NCBI GenBank assembly: GCA_030390025.1
Contig: CM059452.1
Location: forward strand, 7,378,001 to 7,442,000
Direction: 5' to 3'
Length of the DNA stretch: 64,000 bases
Origin: Squalus acanthias
Lineage: Eukaryota
Shown here: in pieces, positions 50,142 through 62,611 of the stretch
Numbering within the stretch: the stretch's first letter is position 1
Layout of the letters: every line of letters starts with the position of its first letter
Position numbers and translations under genes: made by a program
Notes under the pieces: model-generated
The model's database searches: none
What the model was told of the DNA's origin: nothing
Seen by the model: the letters and a program-made list of their open reading frames with translations, nothing else

Positions 50142-50533
50142 TCATTGACAAGAATTAACGGTGTCCATCAGAACAAGGGAAATGTTGACAAAACTGGGTT
50201 TACCGCTGGATTTATTAACCGTTCTGTTGATGATCTTCAAGGGGATCGCTTCATGTCCCACCACACAGGAGTAAGAAGCGCCGCTGGCCCACTCCTCCGC
50301 TGCAATGGATAACAGGCTGTACATGAAGAATGAACTGCTGCCGTTCTCCGCCATCACCTCGGTGTTCTTGTAGTTGCCGGAATTCACCGGCTTGTCATTG
50401 ACGGTCCACTTGACGAAGATCTCTCGGGGGGAGAAACCTCTCACTAAGCAGGTGAGTCTGACGAACCTCTGAGCGGAGACTTCTTCTGCCGGGGGCAGGA
50501 GGACAGACACGGACGGTTCCCGCGGATCTTTAA
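50142..50533 (-). CDS. IGHM: IgM Cmu4 exon plus secretory tailpiece; internal TM splice donor after 50204
   Basis: [55 protein letters not shown]|[19 protein letters not shown], with NIS glycosylation site and penultimate Cys. Confidence 0.96.
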
Positions 50534-50964
50534 CTGCAGAACAATCACAATAAAGGTCAATAAACTGGAGAATTCCAGAGACGATGAAACCGGCGGTTAG
50601 ATGTGAGAGAAATGTGCTTTGCGCTGAATTTTAAAGAATTCCCTTTCCCCCTCTGTGTCCTGTCCGCTTTTCCAGTCCGGAGCAGAGGGGGATACAATCC
50701 TTCTCTCTGGGAGCTTGAAGAGTTGGAATGGAAAATTATGTAGAATTTACATCACAGAAACAGACCATTCGGCCCAACTGGTCAATGCCGCTGTTTATGC
50801 TCCACTCGAGACTCCTCCCACCTTACTTCATCTAACCCTAATAACATATCCTTCTATTCCTTTTTCCCTCATGTACTTATCTAGCTTCCCTTTAAATGCA
50901 TCATCTCGGGTCCCACTGTGTCTATTTAGTGGAATTACCCATTGAATTAAAAGAGTAGTCCATT

Positions 50965-51425
50965 AACAACAACAAAAACAACAACTTGTATTTATATAGC
51001 GCCTTTAAAGTAGTAAAACGTCCCAAGGCGCTGCACAGGAGTATTTTAAGAAAATAAATTTGACACCGATCCACATAAGGATAAATTAGGGTGGTGACCA
51101 AAAGCTTGGTCAAAGAGGTAGGTTTTAAGGAGCGTCTTAAAGGAGGAAAGAGAGGTAGCGAGGCGGAGAGGTTCAGGCAGGGAATTCCAGAGCTGAGGGC
51201 CTCGGCAACAGAAGGCACGGCCACCAAAGGTTGTGCGATTATAATCAGGGATCCTCAAGAGGGCAGAATTAGAGGAGCGCAGATATCTCCGGGGGTTGTG
51301 GGGCTGAAGGAGATTACAGAGATAGGGAGGGGCGAGGCCATGGAGGGGTTTGAATACAAGGATGAAAATTTTGAAATCGAGGCGCTGCTTAACCGGGAGC
51401 CAATGTAGGTCAGCGAGCACAGGAG
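50965..51425 (-). mobile_element. L2-type LINE 3' fragment
   Basis: LADLHWLPVKQRLDFKI..GGRAF..FKTLLKTYLF. Confidence 0.8.
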
Positions 51426-51514
51426 TAAAAACACTTACGAGAATGAATCGGCCCTTGCACCATCACCGGAAATAGTCACAGAGTCTCACTAATTGCTCCA
51501 ATCTCACCGCTCAC

Positions 51515-51823
51515 CTTTTTCCTTGTGGATGGAATCTCTTATAGGAGTCGGCATATCCTGGTGGCTCACCACGCAGTAGAACTTATCCCCACTCAGCCAG
51601 GCTTGTGTCGAGATGTTTAAGTTGCTGATCACGCTGTTCGGAGCCTCTCCGGGTTGGACGGCAATCTCTGATTTCAAAGTCTCCTTTTCTCGGGTCCAGG
51701 ACACGTTGACTCCATAAGGAGCATTAGACACGACGCAGGTTAAGGTCACCGTCGCCTCCAGTAAAACCTGTTCTGGTGACGGTTGCGGAAGAGTGATTTC
51801 TGGATCGTTGCATCGGATCTCAT
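51515..51823 (-). CDS. IGHM: IgM Cmu3 exon
   Basis: cag|[54 protein letters not shown]|GTGAGC; 309 nt, phase 1/1. Confidence 0.95.
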
Positions 51824-52635
51824 CTGTGAACAGAAATGAAAGTCAAGCAAAGCTTCATCTTCAGAATCAGGACACCAGTATTCAGCCTTCACTCTCTCAG
51901 GGAGAATAAATCACCTTTGAGATATCAACCTCTCGTTGTTGCTTAAACACCATCGTTATTGAAAGGACAAAGAATTGACAGCGATTCCGGGAGACTCTTT
52001 AACATTTCCTGTGTATTTGCTCCCAGAGCCTCCTGTAATGGGCTGTGAAGCAAATACCTGGCGTTAAAACATTGGATAAATTCGGGCGCAATTTTGTTAC
52101 GCACTGAATAGCGCTCTTCCCGCAATCTCCTGCTCCTTTACGCCCGTCTCTGGATCCTTGTACCCGATCCATTCCCGCTCATTATATTGGCTCCGCCCTC
52201 AGGTTCAAGAGCTCTACAGGAAAATTACACTTGTTGAAAACGAGTGTCCAATGATATCCAGGATTTTAAGTGCAACAGGAAACAAAGTTAATTTTCTGAT
52301 GTCTTGTTGCGATTTTGGTGGGCGATGAAAATGTGCAGGAACCAGTTGCAGCCCCTGTCAGAGGAGAAGTGAAAGGTCGGGAGAATGGAGTTCCAAGGGG
52401 TCTTTTGTGGTGGAGAATAATGTGTAATGCCGATGTGAAGTAATTTGTTCATTTCTGTCATTAGTGAGCACTTATCATGTCTGGTGAGAGAGAGTCAGAA
52501 GGAAATATGACCGCAGGGCAGTAATAACAACAGAGGAACAGGAGTCGGCCATTCAGCCCATCCAGCCTGTTTCGCCATTCAATGAGATCACGGCTGATCT
52601 ACACCTCAACACCATCTACCCGCCTTGTTTCTGTA

Positions 52636-53950
52636 CATAAGAACATAAGAAATAGGAGCAGGAGTAGGCCAATTGGCCTCTCGAGCCTGCTCCGCCATTC
52701 AATAAGATCATGGCTGATCTGATCCTAACCGCCAATCTACTATCACAGAACCATCTCCTGAACCTAACAGAATTGGACACACGAAATAGGAGCAGGATCA
52801 GGCTACACGGCCCCTGGGCCCGCTACGTTACCCACAGGGCCATAACCGATCCGAACCTAGACTCATGTCCAAATTCCTGCCCGCTCCCCGTAAACCTTAA
52901 TTCCCTTTACTTTTAGGAAACTGTCTATTTCTGTTTTAAATTTATGTAATGATGTAGCTTCTACAGCTTTTTGGGGCAGCATATTCCATGGACCTACCAC
53001 CCTCTGAGTGAAGTAGTTCCTTCTCATCTCAGTTTTGAAAGAGCAGCCCCTTATTCTAAGACTATGCCCCCGAGTTCTAGTTCCACCCATCATCGGGAAC
53101 ATCCTCCCCGCATCCACCCGATCCAACCCCTTCACAATCTTATATGTTTCAATAAGATCGCCTCTCATTCTTCTGAACTCCAATGAGTAGAGTCCCAATC
53201 TACCCAACCTCTCCTCATATGTCCATCCCCTCATCCCCGGGATTAACCGAGTGAACCTTCTTTGTACTGACTCGAGAGCAAGTATGTCTTTTCTTAAGTA
53301 AGGACACCAAAACTGTATGCAGTATTCCAGGTGCGGTCTCACCAATACCTTGTACAACTGAAGCAATACCTGCCTATTTTTATATTCTATCCCCTTAGCA
53401 ATGAAAGCCAACATTCCATTGGCCTTCTTAATCACTTGCTGCACCTGCATACTAACCTTTTGAGTTTCGTGCACCAGGACCCCCAGATCCCTTTGTACTT
53501 CAGTACTCTCCAGTTTCTTGCCATTTAGATAATAACTTGCTCTACTATTTTTCCTGCCAAAGTGCATAACCTCACACTTTCCAGTATTGTATTCCATCTG
53601 CCAAATCTCTGCCCACTTACTTAGCCTGTCTATGTCCCCTTGCAGATTTTTTATGTCGTCCTCACTCACTACTTTCCCTCCCATCTTAGTATCATCTGCA
53701 AACTTTGATATGTTACACTCGGTCCCCTCCTCCAAATCGTTAATATAGATTGCAAAGAGTTGGGGACCCAGTACTGACCCCTGCGGAACACCACGAGTTA
53801 CTGATTGCCAGTCTGAGAATGAACCATTTATCCCAACTCTCTGCCTTCTGTTAGATAGCCAATCCTCTATCCATGCCAGAATATTACCCCCAATCCCGTG
53901 ATTTTTTATCTTAAGCAATAATCTTTTGTGTGGCACCTTGTCAAATGCCT
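52636..53950 (-). mobile_element. CR1 LINE 3' part, highly similar to 34733-36029
   Basis: ORF 52863-54032 with KAFDKV, GVPQGS and KFADD; same 3' UTR. Confidence 0.92.
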
Positions 53951-53979
53951 TGATACCCTTGCCAAACACAAATCTATCC

Positions 53980-56900
53980 AGTGTTGACGAAAGGTCATCG
54001 ACCTGAAACGTTAATTCTGTTTCTCTCTTCACAGACGCTGCCTGACATGCTGAGTATCTCCAGTATTTTCTGTTTTTATTTCAGATTTCCAGCATCTGCA
54101 GTATTTTCTATTTTGTATTAGTGTTTAATTCACTGCTACCTCTCTTCCAGGAATGACCACCTTGAAGAAGTTATGCTCATCTCTCCGACGGGATTTCCGT
54201 TTGTTTCTTTTACCTTGTTCATCTTCATTGCTTTCTGTCTCCCTTCTCGTGTTTGATCAGGTATCTACCAAAACTCGCTTTCACAGCCACATATCTTTCC
54301 TCAGCAACTGTCTCCAGCTCCGACGTACTCCACGTGGATCCCAACTGAAATTCCACCCTACGTGTTTTGGATCCACCCAGGACTACAGATATCTCCAAGA
54401 TATTCAGCGTTCCTCGAACCACTGTTCTCGCCGTATCCTGAGATCCACTATCACCTCTGACCTTCCCCTCTCTGACCCCGAACGATCAGTCCTTAGCAAA
54501 GGCCTGAACTTCATCCCCTTACGCCCCACCTCAATGAATTTCGAGCTCGGCACGATGCTGAGCTCCTTTTCCGCCACCTTCGTCTCCATGCCCACTTCTT
54601 TGGCCAGGGGTCTTCCCCCCGCACGGCTGACCGTTTCCCCCGCTTTCAGAATTCTCGTTGTACCTGGACCCCTCCCTCGGGCCTCTTAACCTCTCTAGAT
54701 CTTTTCATTGCAAACTGCCGGCGTGACATCGGCCGTCCCCATTACTCTGCTCCCCTCACTCACTCCAACCTACCCCCCTCTGAACTTGCAGCACTCCATT
54801 CTATCAGATCCAACCCCAGCATTGTCATTAAAACTGCTGACAAGGGTGGTGCTGTTGATGTTTGGCGTACCGACCTCTACCTAGCGGAAGCTAAACGCCA
54901 ACTCTCCAACACCTCCTCCTACCTCCGCCTGGACCATGACCCCACTACCGAACATCAAGTCACGGTTTCCAAGACTGTCACTGACCTCATCTCTTCTGGA
55001 GATCTTCCCCCAACGGCCGCCAACCTCATAGTTCCCCAACCCCGCACAGCCCGCTTCTACCTCCTTCCCAAGATCCACAAACAGGACTGCCCTTGTAGGC
55101 CCATCGCTTCAGCCTGTTCTTGCCCCACGGAACTTATCTTTTCCTATCTCGACTCTATTTTTTCTCCCCTTGTCCAGTCTCTTCCCACCTGCATCCGCGA
55201 CTCTTCCGACGCCCTCCACCACTTTAACAGTTTCCAGTTTCCTGGCCCCAACCGCCTCCTTTTCACTATGGACGTACAATCCCTCTACACCTCCATCCCC
55301 CACCAGGATGGCCTGAGAGCGCTCTGCTTCTTCCTTGAACAGAGGCCCAATCAGTCCCCACACACCATCACCCTCCTCCGCCTGGCTGAACTTGTTCTCA
55401 CTTTGAACAACTTCTCCTTTGACTCCACTCACTTCCTCCAAATCAAAGGTGTTGCTATGGGAACCCGCATGGGTCCTAGCTATGCCTGCCTTTTCGTGGG
55501 ATATGTGGAACACTCTTTCTTCCAGTCCCACTCAGGTCCCCTCCCTCACCTTTTTTTCCGGTACATTGATGACTGTATCGGTGCCGTTTCCTGCTCTCGC
55601 CCTGAACTAGAACATTTCATTCACTATGCTTCCAATTTCCACCCTTCCCTCACCTTCACATGGTCCATCTCCGACTCTTCCCTTCCCTTCCTCGACTTCT
55701 CCGTCTCCATCTCTGGTGAAAGGTTATTGACAAATATTCATTACAATCCCACTGACTCCCACAGCTACCTGGACTGCACTTCCTCCCACCCCGCTTCCTG
55801 TAAGGACTCTATTCCATTCTCCCAGTTTCTCCGTCTCCGCCGCATCTGCTCTGACGATGCCACCTTCCATACCAGTGCTTCTTACATGTCTTCCTTTTTC
55901 CTCAACCGAGGATTCGCCTCTACAGTGGTTGACAAGGCCCTTGACCGTATCCATTCTATCTCACGCACTTCTGCCCTCACCCCTGCCCCTCCCTCCCGGA
56001 ACCACGATAGCGTTCCCCTTGTCCTCACCTTTCAACCCACCAGCTTCAACGAATCATCCTTCGCCATTTCCGCCACCTCCAACGTAATCCCACCACCAAA
56101 CACATCTTCCCCTCACCTCCCCTTTCAGCTTTCCGAAGGGACCGCTCCCTCTGCGACACCCTGGTCCACTCCTCTATCAGCCCCAACACCCCTTCCCCTT
56201 CGCCCGGCACCTTCCCGTGCAAGCGCAGGAGATGCAACACATGCCCTTATACCTCTCCCCTTCCCACGGTCCAGGGCCCCAAACACCCCTTCCAGGTGAA
56301 ACAGCGATTTACTTGTACTTCTTGCAATTTAGTATACTGTATTCGCTGCTCACGATGCGGTCTCCTCTACATTGGGGAGACCAAACGCAGATTGGGTGAT
56401 CGCTTTGCGGAACACCTCCGTTCAGTCCGTAAGGGGGACCCCGAGCTTCTGGTCGCCTGTCACTTTAATTCTCCACTCCACTCCCACTCAGACCTCACCA
56501 TCCTCGGCCTCTTGCATTGTTCCTCTGAAGCTCAGCGGAAGCTCGAGGAACAGCACCTCATCTTTCGTTTAGGCACTTTACAGCCTCTGGACTCAACATA
56601 GAGTTCAACAATTTCAGATCATAACCTCGGCCCCTATCATATATATATTTTTTATCCACACTTTTTGTCTGTGTCTTTTTTCTTCTCTCCCACGTGGCAG
56701 CTGTCTTTCATTCTGCCAGCGCAATTCACACTTCACCTCGAGTCATCCTTTGTTTCATAACCTGTCCCATTACCATCTCCTTTTGCCTTGAATATCTCTT
56801 AATGTCTCTTTACCTCTCCTGCCTTCTATCCTATCACACACCTTCCCTTTTGTTCTTTCAGCCCCTCCCCCCTTTCCCAGCCCCTACACTTGCTTAAAAA

Positions 56901-57820
56901 TCTGTTACATTTCCTGCTTTTTTCTAGTTCTGACGAAAAGTCATTGACCTGAAACGTTAACTCTGTTTCGCTGTTCACAGACGCTGCCTGACATGCTGAG
57001 TATCTCCAACATTTTCTGTTTTTATTTCAGATTTTCAGCATCTGCAGTATTTTCTTTTTTGTATTAGTGTTTAATTCACTGCTACCTCTCTTCCAGGAAT
57101 GACCACCTTGAAGAAGTTATGCTCATCTCTCCGACGGGATTTCCCTTTGTGTCTTTACCTTGTTCATCTTCATTGCTTACTGTCTCCCTTCTCGTGTTTG
57201 ATCAGGTATCTACCAAAACTCGCTTTCACAGCCACATATCCCTCCTCAGCAACTGTCTCCAGCTCCGACGTACTCCACGTGCATTCCAACTGAAATTCCA
57301 CCCTACGTGTTTGGATCCACCCAGGATGACAGATATCTCCAAGATATTCAGCGTTCACTATCCCCTCTGACCTTCCCCTCTCTGACCCCGAACGATCAGT
57401 CCTTAACAAAGGCCTGAGCTTCATCCCCTTACGCCCCACCTCAATGAATTTCGAGCTCGGCACGATGCTGAGCTCCTTTTCCGCCGCCTTCGTCTCCGTG
57501 CCCACTTCTTTGGCCAGGAGTCTTCCCCCCACACGGCTGACCAATTCTCCCGCTTTCAGAATTCTTGTTCTACCTGGAAACCTCCCTCTGGCCTCTTAAC
57601 CTCTCTAGATCTTTTCATTGCAAACTGCCAGCGTGACATCAGCTGCCTCCATTTCTCTGCTCCCCTCACTCACTCCAACCTCTGAACTTGCAGCACTCCA
57701 TTCTCTCAGATCCAACCCCAGATTCTTTCTTCCAGATGCTGCTTGACCTGCTGAGTATCTCCAGCATTTTCTGGTTTTTTTTTCAGATTTCCAGCATCTG
57801 CAGTATTTTCTTTTTTGTAT
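53980..57820 (+). mobile_element. Penelope-like element (RT plus GIY-YIG endonuclease) with direct terminal repeats, frameshifted
   Basis: MDVQSLYTSIPH, GVAMGTRMGPSYA, FRYIDD and NLVYCIRC..YIGETKRRL..RF.EH motifs. 53980-54830 is repeated at 56926-57720. Confidence 0.92.
56926..56962 (+). ncRNA. Minimal hammerhead ribozyme motif in the Penelope pLTR
   Basis: AGTT-CTGACGA-A-AAGTC(ATT)GACCT-GAAA-CGTT-AACT. A degenerate second copy lies at about 53981-54016. Confidence 0.6.
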
Positions 57821-57821
57821 A

Positions 57822-60800
57822 AATCTATCAATCTCAGATTTGAAATTTTCAATTAACCCCCAGCCTCAACAGGTTTCTTGGGGGAGAGAGTTTCAGATTT
57901 CCACTATTCTTTGTGTGAAAAAGTGCCTCCTGACATCACCCCTGAAGGGCTCAGTTCTAATTTTAAGGTTATGGCCCTTGTTCTGGACTCCCGCACCAGG
58001 GGAAATAGTTTAATAGAATCATAGAAAGGAAGCAAAGAGTTGGAATAAACGGGTCTTTTACCGAGTGGCAAGCAGTGACTAGTGGGGTACCGCAGGGATC
58101 GGTGCTAGGAACCCAGCTATTCACAATATATATAAATGATCTAGACGAGGGAACTAGATGTAATATCTCCAAGTTTGCAGACGACACAAAGCTGGGTGGG
58201 CATGTGTGCTGTGAGGAGGATGCAGAGAAACTCCAGTATGATTTGGACAGGTTGGGGGATTGGGCAGATGCATGGCAGATGCAGTATAATGTGGATAAAT
58301 GCGAGGTTATCCACTTCGGTGGCAAAAACAGGAAGACAGATTATTATCTGAACGGCAATTGATTGGGGAAAGGGGAAGTGCAACGAGATCTGGGTGTCGT
58401 TGTGCACCAGTCGCTGAAGGTAAGCATGCAGGTGCAACAGGCGGTTAAGAAGGCAAATGGTATGTTGGCCTTCATAGCCAGAGGATTTGAGTACAGGAGC
58501 AAGGATGTCTTGCTGCAGTTGTACAGGGCCTTGGTGAGACCACACCTTAGTATTGTGTGCAGTTTTGGTCGCCTTATCTGAGGAAGGATGTTCTTGCCAT
58601 GGAGGGAGTGCAGCGAAGATTCACCAGACTGATACCTGGGATGGCAGGAATGACGTATGAGGAGAGATTGGGTCGATTAGGCTTATATTCGCTAGAGTTT
58701 AGAAGAATAAGACGGGAACTCATTGAAACTTATAAAATTCTAGCAGGACTAGACAGACTAGATGCAGGAAGGATGTTCCCGATGGCGGGGGAATCCAGAA
58801 ACAGGGGTCGATTTAGAGTCATAGAGTCAAAGAGTTATACAGCACTGAAAGAGGCCCTTCGGCCCATCGTGTCCGCGCCGGCCATCAAGCCCTGTCTATT
58901 CTAATCCCATTTTCCAGCACTTGGTCCGTCGCCTTGTATGCTATGGCGTTTCAAGTGCTCATCTAAATGCTTCTTGAATGTTGTGAGGGTTCCTGCCTCT
59001 ACCACCCTTTCAGGCAGTGAGTTCCAGATTCCAGCCACCCTCTGGGTGAAAAAGTTTTTCCTCAAATCCCCTCTAAACCTCCTGCCCCTCACCTTGAATC
59101 TATGCCCCCTCTACTAAGGGGAAAAGTTACTTTCTATCTACCCTATCTATGCCCCTCATAATTTTGTACACCTCAATCAGGTCCCCCCTCAGCCTTCTCT
59201 GCTCGAAGGAAAACAACCCCAACCTGTCCAGTCTCTCTTCATAGCTGAAGCGCTGCAGCCCAGGTAACATCCTGGTAAATCTCCTCTGCACCCTCTCCAA
59301 TGCAATCACATCCTTCCTATAGTGTGGCGACCAGAACTGCACACTGTATTCCAGCTGTGGCCTAACTAGCGTTTTGTACAGCTCCATCATAACCTCCCTG
59401 CTCTTATATTCTATGCCTCGGCTAATGAAGGCAAGTATCCCATATTCCTTTTTAACCACCTTATCCACCTGTCCTGCTGCCTTCAGGGATCTATGTACAT
59501 GCACACCAAAGTCCCTCTGATCCTCTGTCCTTCCAAGGGTCCTACCATTCATTGTGTATTCCCTTGCCTTGTTAGTCCTCCCAAAATGCATCACCTCACA
59601 CTTTTCAGGATTAAATTCCATTTGCCACTGTTCTGCCCATCTAACCAACCCGTCTATATCGTCCTGTAGCCTGAGGCTTCCCTCCTCGCTATTTACCACT
59701 CCACCAATTTTCGTGTCATCTGCGAACTTACTGATCGTACCTCCTACATTCATATCTAAATCATTAATGTACACTACAAACATCAAAGGACCCAGCACCG
59801 ATCCCTGCGGTACACCACTGGACACAGGCTTCCAGTCACAAAATCAACCTTCGATCATTACCCTCTGCCTCCTGCCACTAAGCCAATTTTGGATCCAATG
59901 TGCCAAGTTGCCCTGGATCCCATGGGCTCTTACCTTCTTGACCAGTCTCAAAAGCCTTACTGAAGTCCATGTAGACTACATCAACTGCACTACCCTCTTC
60001 CACACACCTAGTCACCCCCTCGAAAAATTCAATCAAATTGGTCAGACATGATCTCCCCCTGACAGTTTAAGGATAAGGAATAAGCCATTTAGGACTGAGA
60101 TGAGGAGGAATTTCTTCATCCAGAGAGTGGTGAACCTGTGGAATTCTCTACCACACAAGGCAGTTGAGGCCAATTCATTAAATATATTCAAGAAGGAGTT
60201 AGATATATTTCTTAAGGCTAAAGGGATCAAGGGACATGGGGAGAAAGCAGGGACAGGGTACTGAATTTGGATGATCAGCCATGATCTCATTAAATGGCGG
60301 AACAGGCTCGAGGGGCCGAATGGCCTACTCCTGCTCCTATCTTCTATGTTACAGCACGGAAGGAGGCCATTTCGGCCCATCGTGTCCATGCCGCCCAACA
60401 AAGAGCTATCCAGCCTAATCCCACTTCTCAGCTCTTGGTCCGTAGCACTGCAGGTTACAGCATCCCAAGTGCACATCCAAGTACTTTTTAAATGTGGTTA
60501 GGGTTTCAGCCTCTACCACCCTTTCAGGCAGTGAGGTCCAGACCCCCACAACCCTCCGGGTGAAGAAATTTCCCCTCAAATCCCCTCTAAACCTTCCACC
60601 CATTACTTTAAATCTGTGCCCCCTGGTTTTTGACCTCGCTGCTAAGGGAAATAGGTTCTTTCTATTCACTTTATCGAGGCCCCTCATAATTTTATATACC
60701 TCAATAAGGTCTCCCCTCAGCCTTCTCTTTTCCAAGGAAAACAGACCCAGCCTATCCAGTCTTTCCTCATAGCTAAGATTCTCTACTTCCGGCAACATCC

Positions 60801-61290
60801 TTGTAAATCTCCTCTGAGCCCTCTCCAGTGCAATCACATCCTTCCTGTAATGTGGTGACCAGAACTGCACACAGTACTCTAGCTGAGGCCTAACTAGTGT
60901 TTTATACAGTTGAAGCATAACCCCCCCTGCTCTTGTATTCTATGCCACGACTAATAAAGTCATGCATTCCGTATGCCTTCTGAACCACCTTATTTACCTG
61001 GCCTGCTACCTTCAGGGATCTGTGGACATGCACTCCAAGGTCCCTTTGTTCCTCTACACTACTCAGTGTCTCTCTATCTCCGCTATCAATTCAATTTATC
61101 AACTTAAACACCTCAATTAGATCTCCTCTTAATCTTTTATACTCAAAGGAATACAAGCCTATTCTGTGCAACCGCGCCTCATAATTTAACCATTTCAGCC
61201 CCGGTATGATTCGGGTGACTTTGCGTTGCACCCTCTAAAGCCAATATATCCATCCTGATGTGTGCTGCCCCGAATTGAACGCAGTTCTCT
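57822..61290. mobile_element. Nest of four CR1 fragments
   Basis: CR1(-) 57822-58011 / 61070-61290 contains CR1(-) 58012-58027 / 60348-61070. That contains CR1(+) 58028-58809 / 60062-60347, which contains CR1(-) 58810-60061. Confidence 0.8.
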
Positions 61291-61489
61291 AAATAGGGAA
61301 GATGTTCTTTCTAGCAGCGGGTCCCGAGACAAGTTACCAGTAATGGGTTCCAGACACCTACTGCCGCTCCGAATATGATCAGCCAACTCAGGATAAACCT
61401 GAGACCGAGGACACCTCACTCACTCTCTGACATCAGAGCAGAGGGAAACCTTCTTTGGCGAGGTTATGGAATCCTGAACCATGAGGAAT

Positions 61490-61925
61490 CCTGATTCAGA
61501 GGATCGTGGGTTCAAGTCGCACTCCAGATAGTTGAACACAATATGTGAGCTGACACTCTCAGTGCAGCACTGAGGGAGCGCTGCACTGTCGGAGGTGCCG
61601 TCTTTCGGATGAGACGTTAAACCGAGGCCCCGTCTGCCCTCTCAGTTGGACGAAAACGATCCCATGGCACTATTTCGAGGAAGAGCAGGGAAGTTCTCCC
61701 AGGTGTCCTGGCCAATACTTATCCCTCAACAAACATCACCAAATAATAAGATTAGTGAAAATTATCACATTGCAGTTTGAGTGACCTTAATGTCTGCAAA
61801 TTGGCCGCTGCGATTTCTACATTACAACAGTGACCACATTTCAGGAAGTACTTCCTTGGCGGAAAAGCGCTTTGGGACACCTGGAGGTCGCAAAAGGCGC
61901 TATATAAAGGCAGTTCTTTCTTCTA
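61490..61925 (+). mobile_element. DeuSINE-type SINE (SacSINE1/AmnSINE-like)
   Basis: B-box-like GGTTCAAGTC and a Deu-domain-like core GGAGGTGCCGTCTTTCGGATGAGACGTTAAACCGAGG..GATCCCATGGCACT, recognised from memory. Confidence 0.7.
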
Positions 61926-62228
61926 TTTTATATTGGAAGAAGACAGAAACAGCATGATTGTGAATTAGAAATAGAGCTTTCTCAGGGTAAACCTGAGACT
62001 AAGGAGACCTCACTCAGTGTCTGACATCACAGCTGAGGGAAACCATTGGCGAAGTGCTGGAATCCTGAACCGTGAGGAACCCTGAGTCAGCACTGACAGC
62101 GGAAGGGAACATAAACTGTGTGATTGGAAATTAGAAACAGTTCTGTGCTTTTTACTAATTCCAATAAAGGTCCTGACTGAGATCAGCGCTCAGAATGATT
62201 TGGGACTTCACGAGGTTGTGTCTCTTAC

Positions 62229-62540
62229 CCTGAGATCTGGTGATGTTTCGGCTTTGGGTGGCCCCTTCATGAGAGACCTGGCAGGTATAGACCGAGCCGG
62301 CGAACCACTCCCCGGCGGTGAATGTCAGCCGACTGGTCACCGAGAAGTTCCCGTTCACTTCAAAGACGGGAGAGGTAACGAAGCCCGAATCCATGAGTTG
62401 TCCATTCTTCAGCCAATTCACGGTCAGTGACATTGGACGGAAATCGATGATTGAACACACGGCGTTTGCAGACCTGCTGCTGGTGATTTCTTCACTGGAA
62501 CTCAGGGTGAGGATCACAGTTGGGTGATGTACCTCACGAT
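62229..62540 (-). CDS. IGHM: IgM Cmu2 exon
   Basis: cag|[57 protein letters not shown]|GTAAGA; 312 nt, phase 1/1. Confidence 0.93.
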
Positions 62541-62611
62541 CTGCAAGAAAATACATTTTATTGGGATTATTTGGTGCAATCCCAATAATTAAGAACTGTA
62601 AAGCTGTTTTT

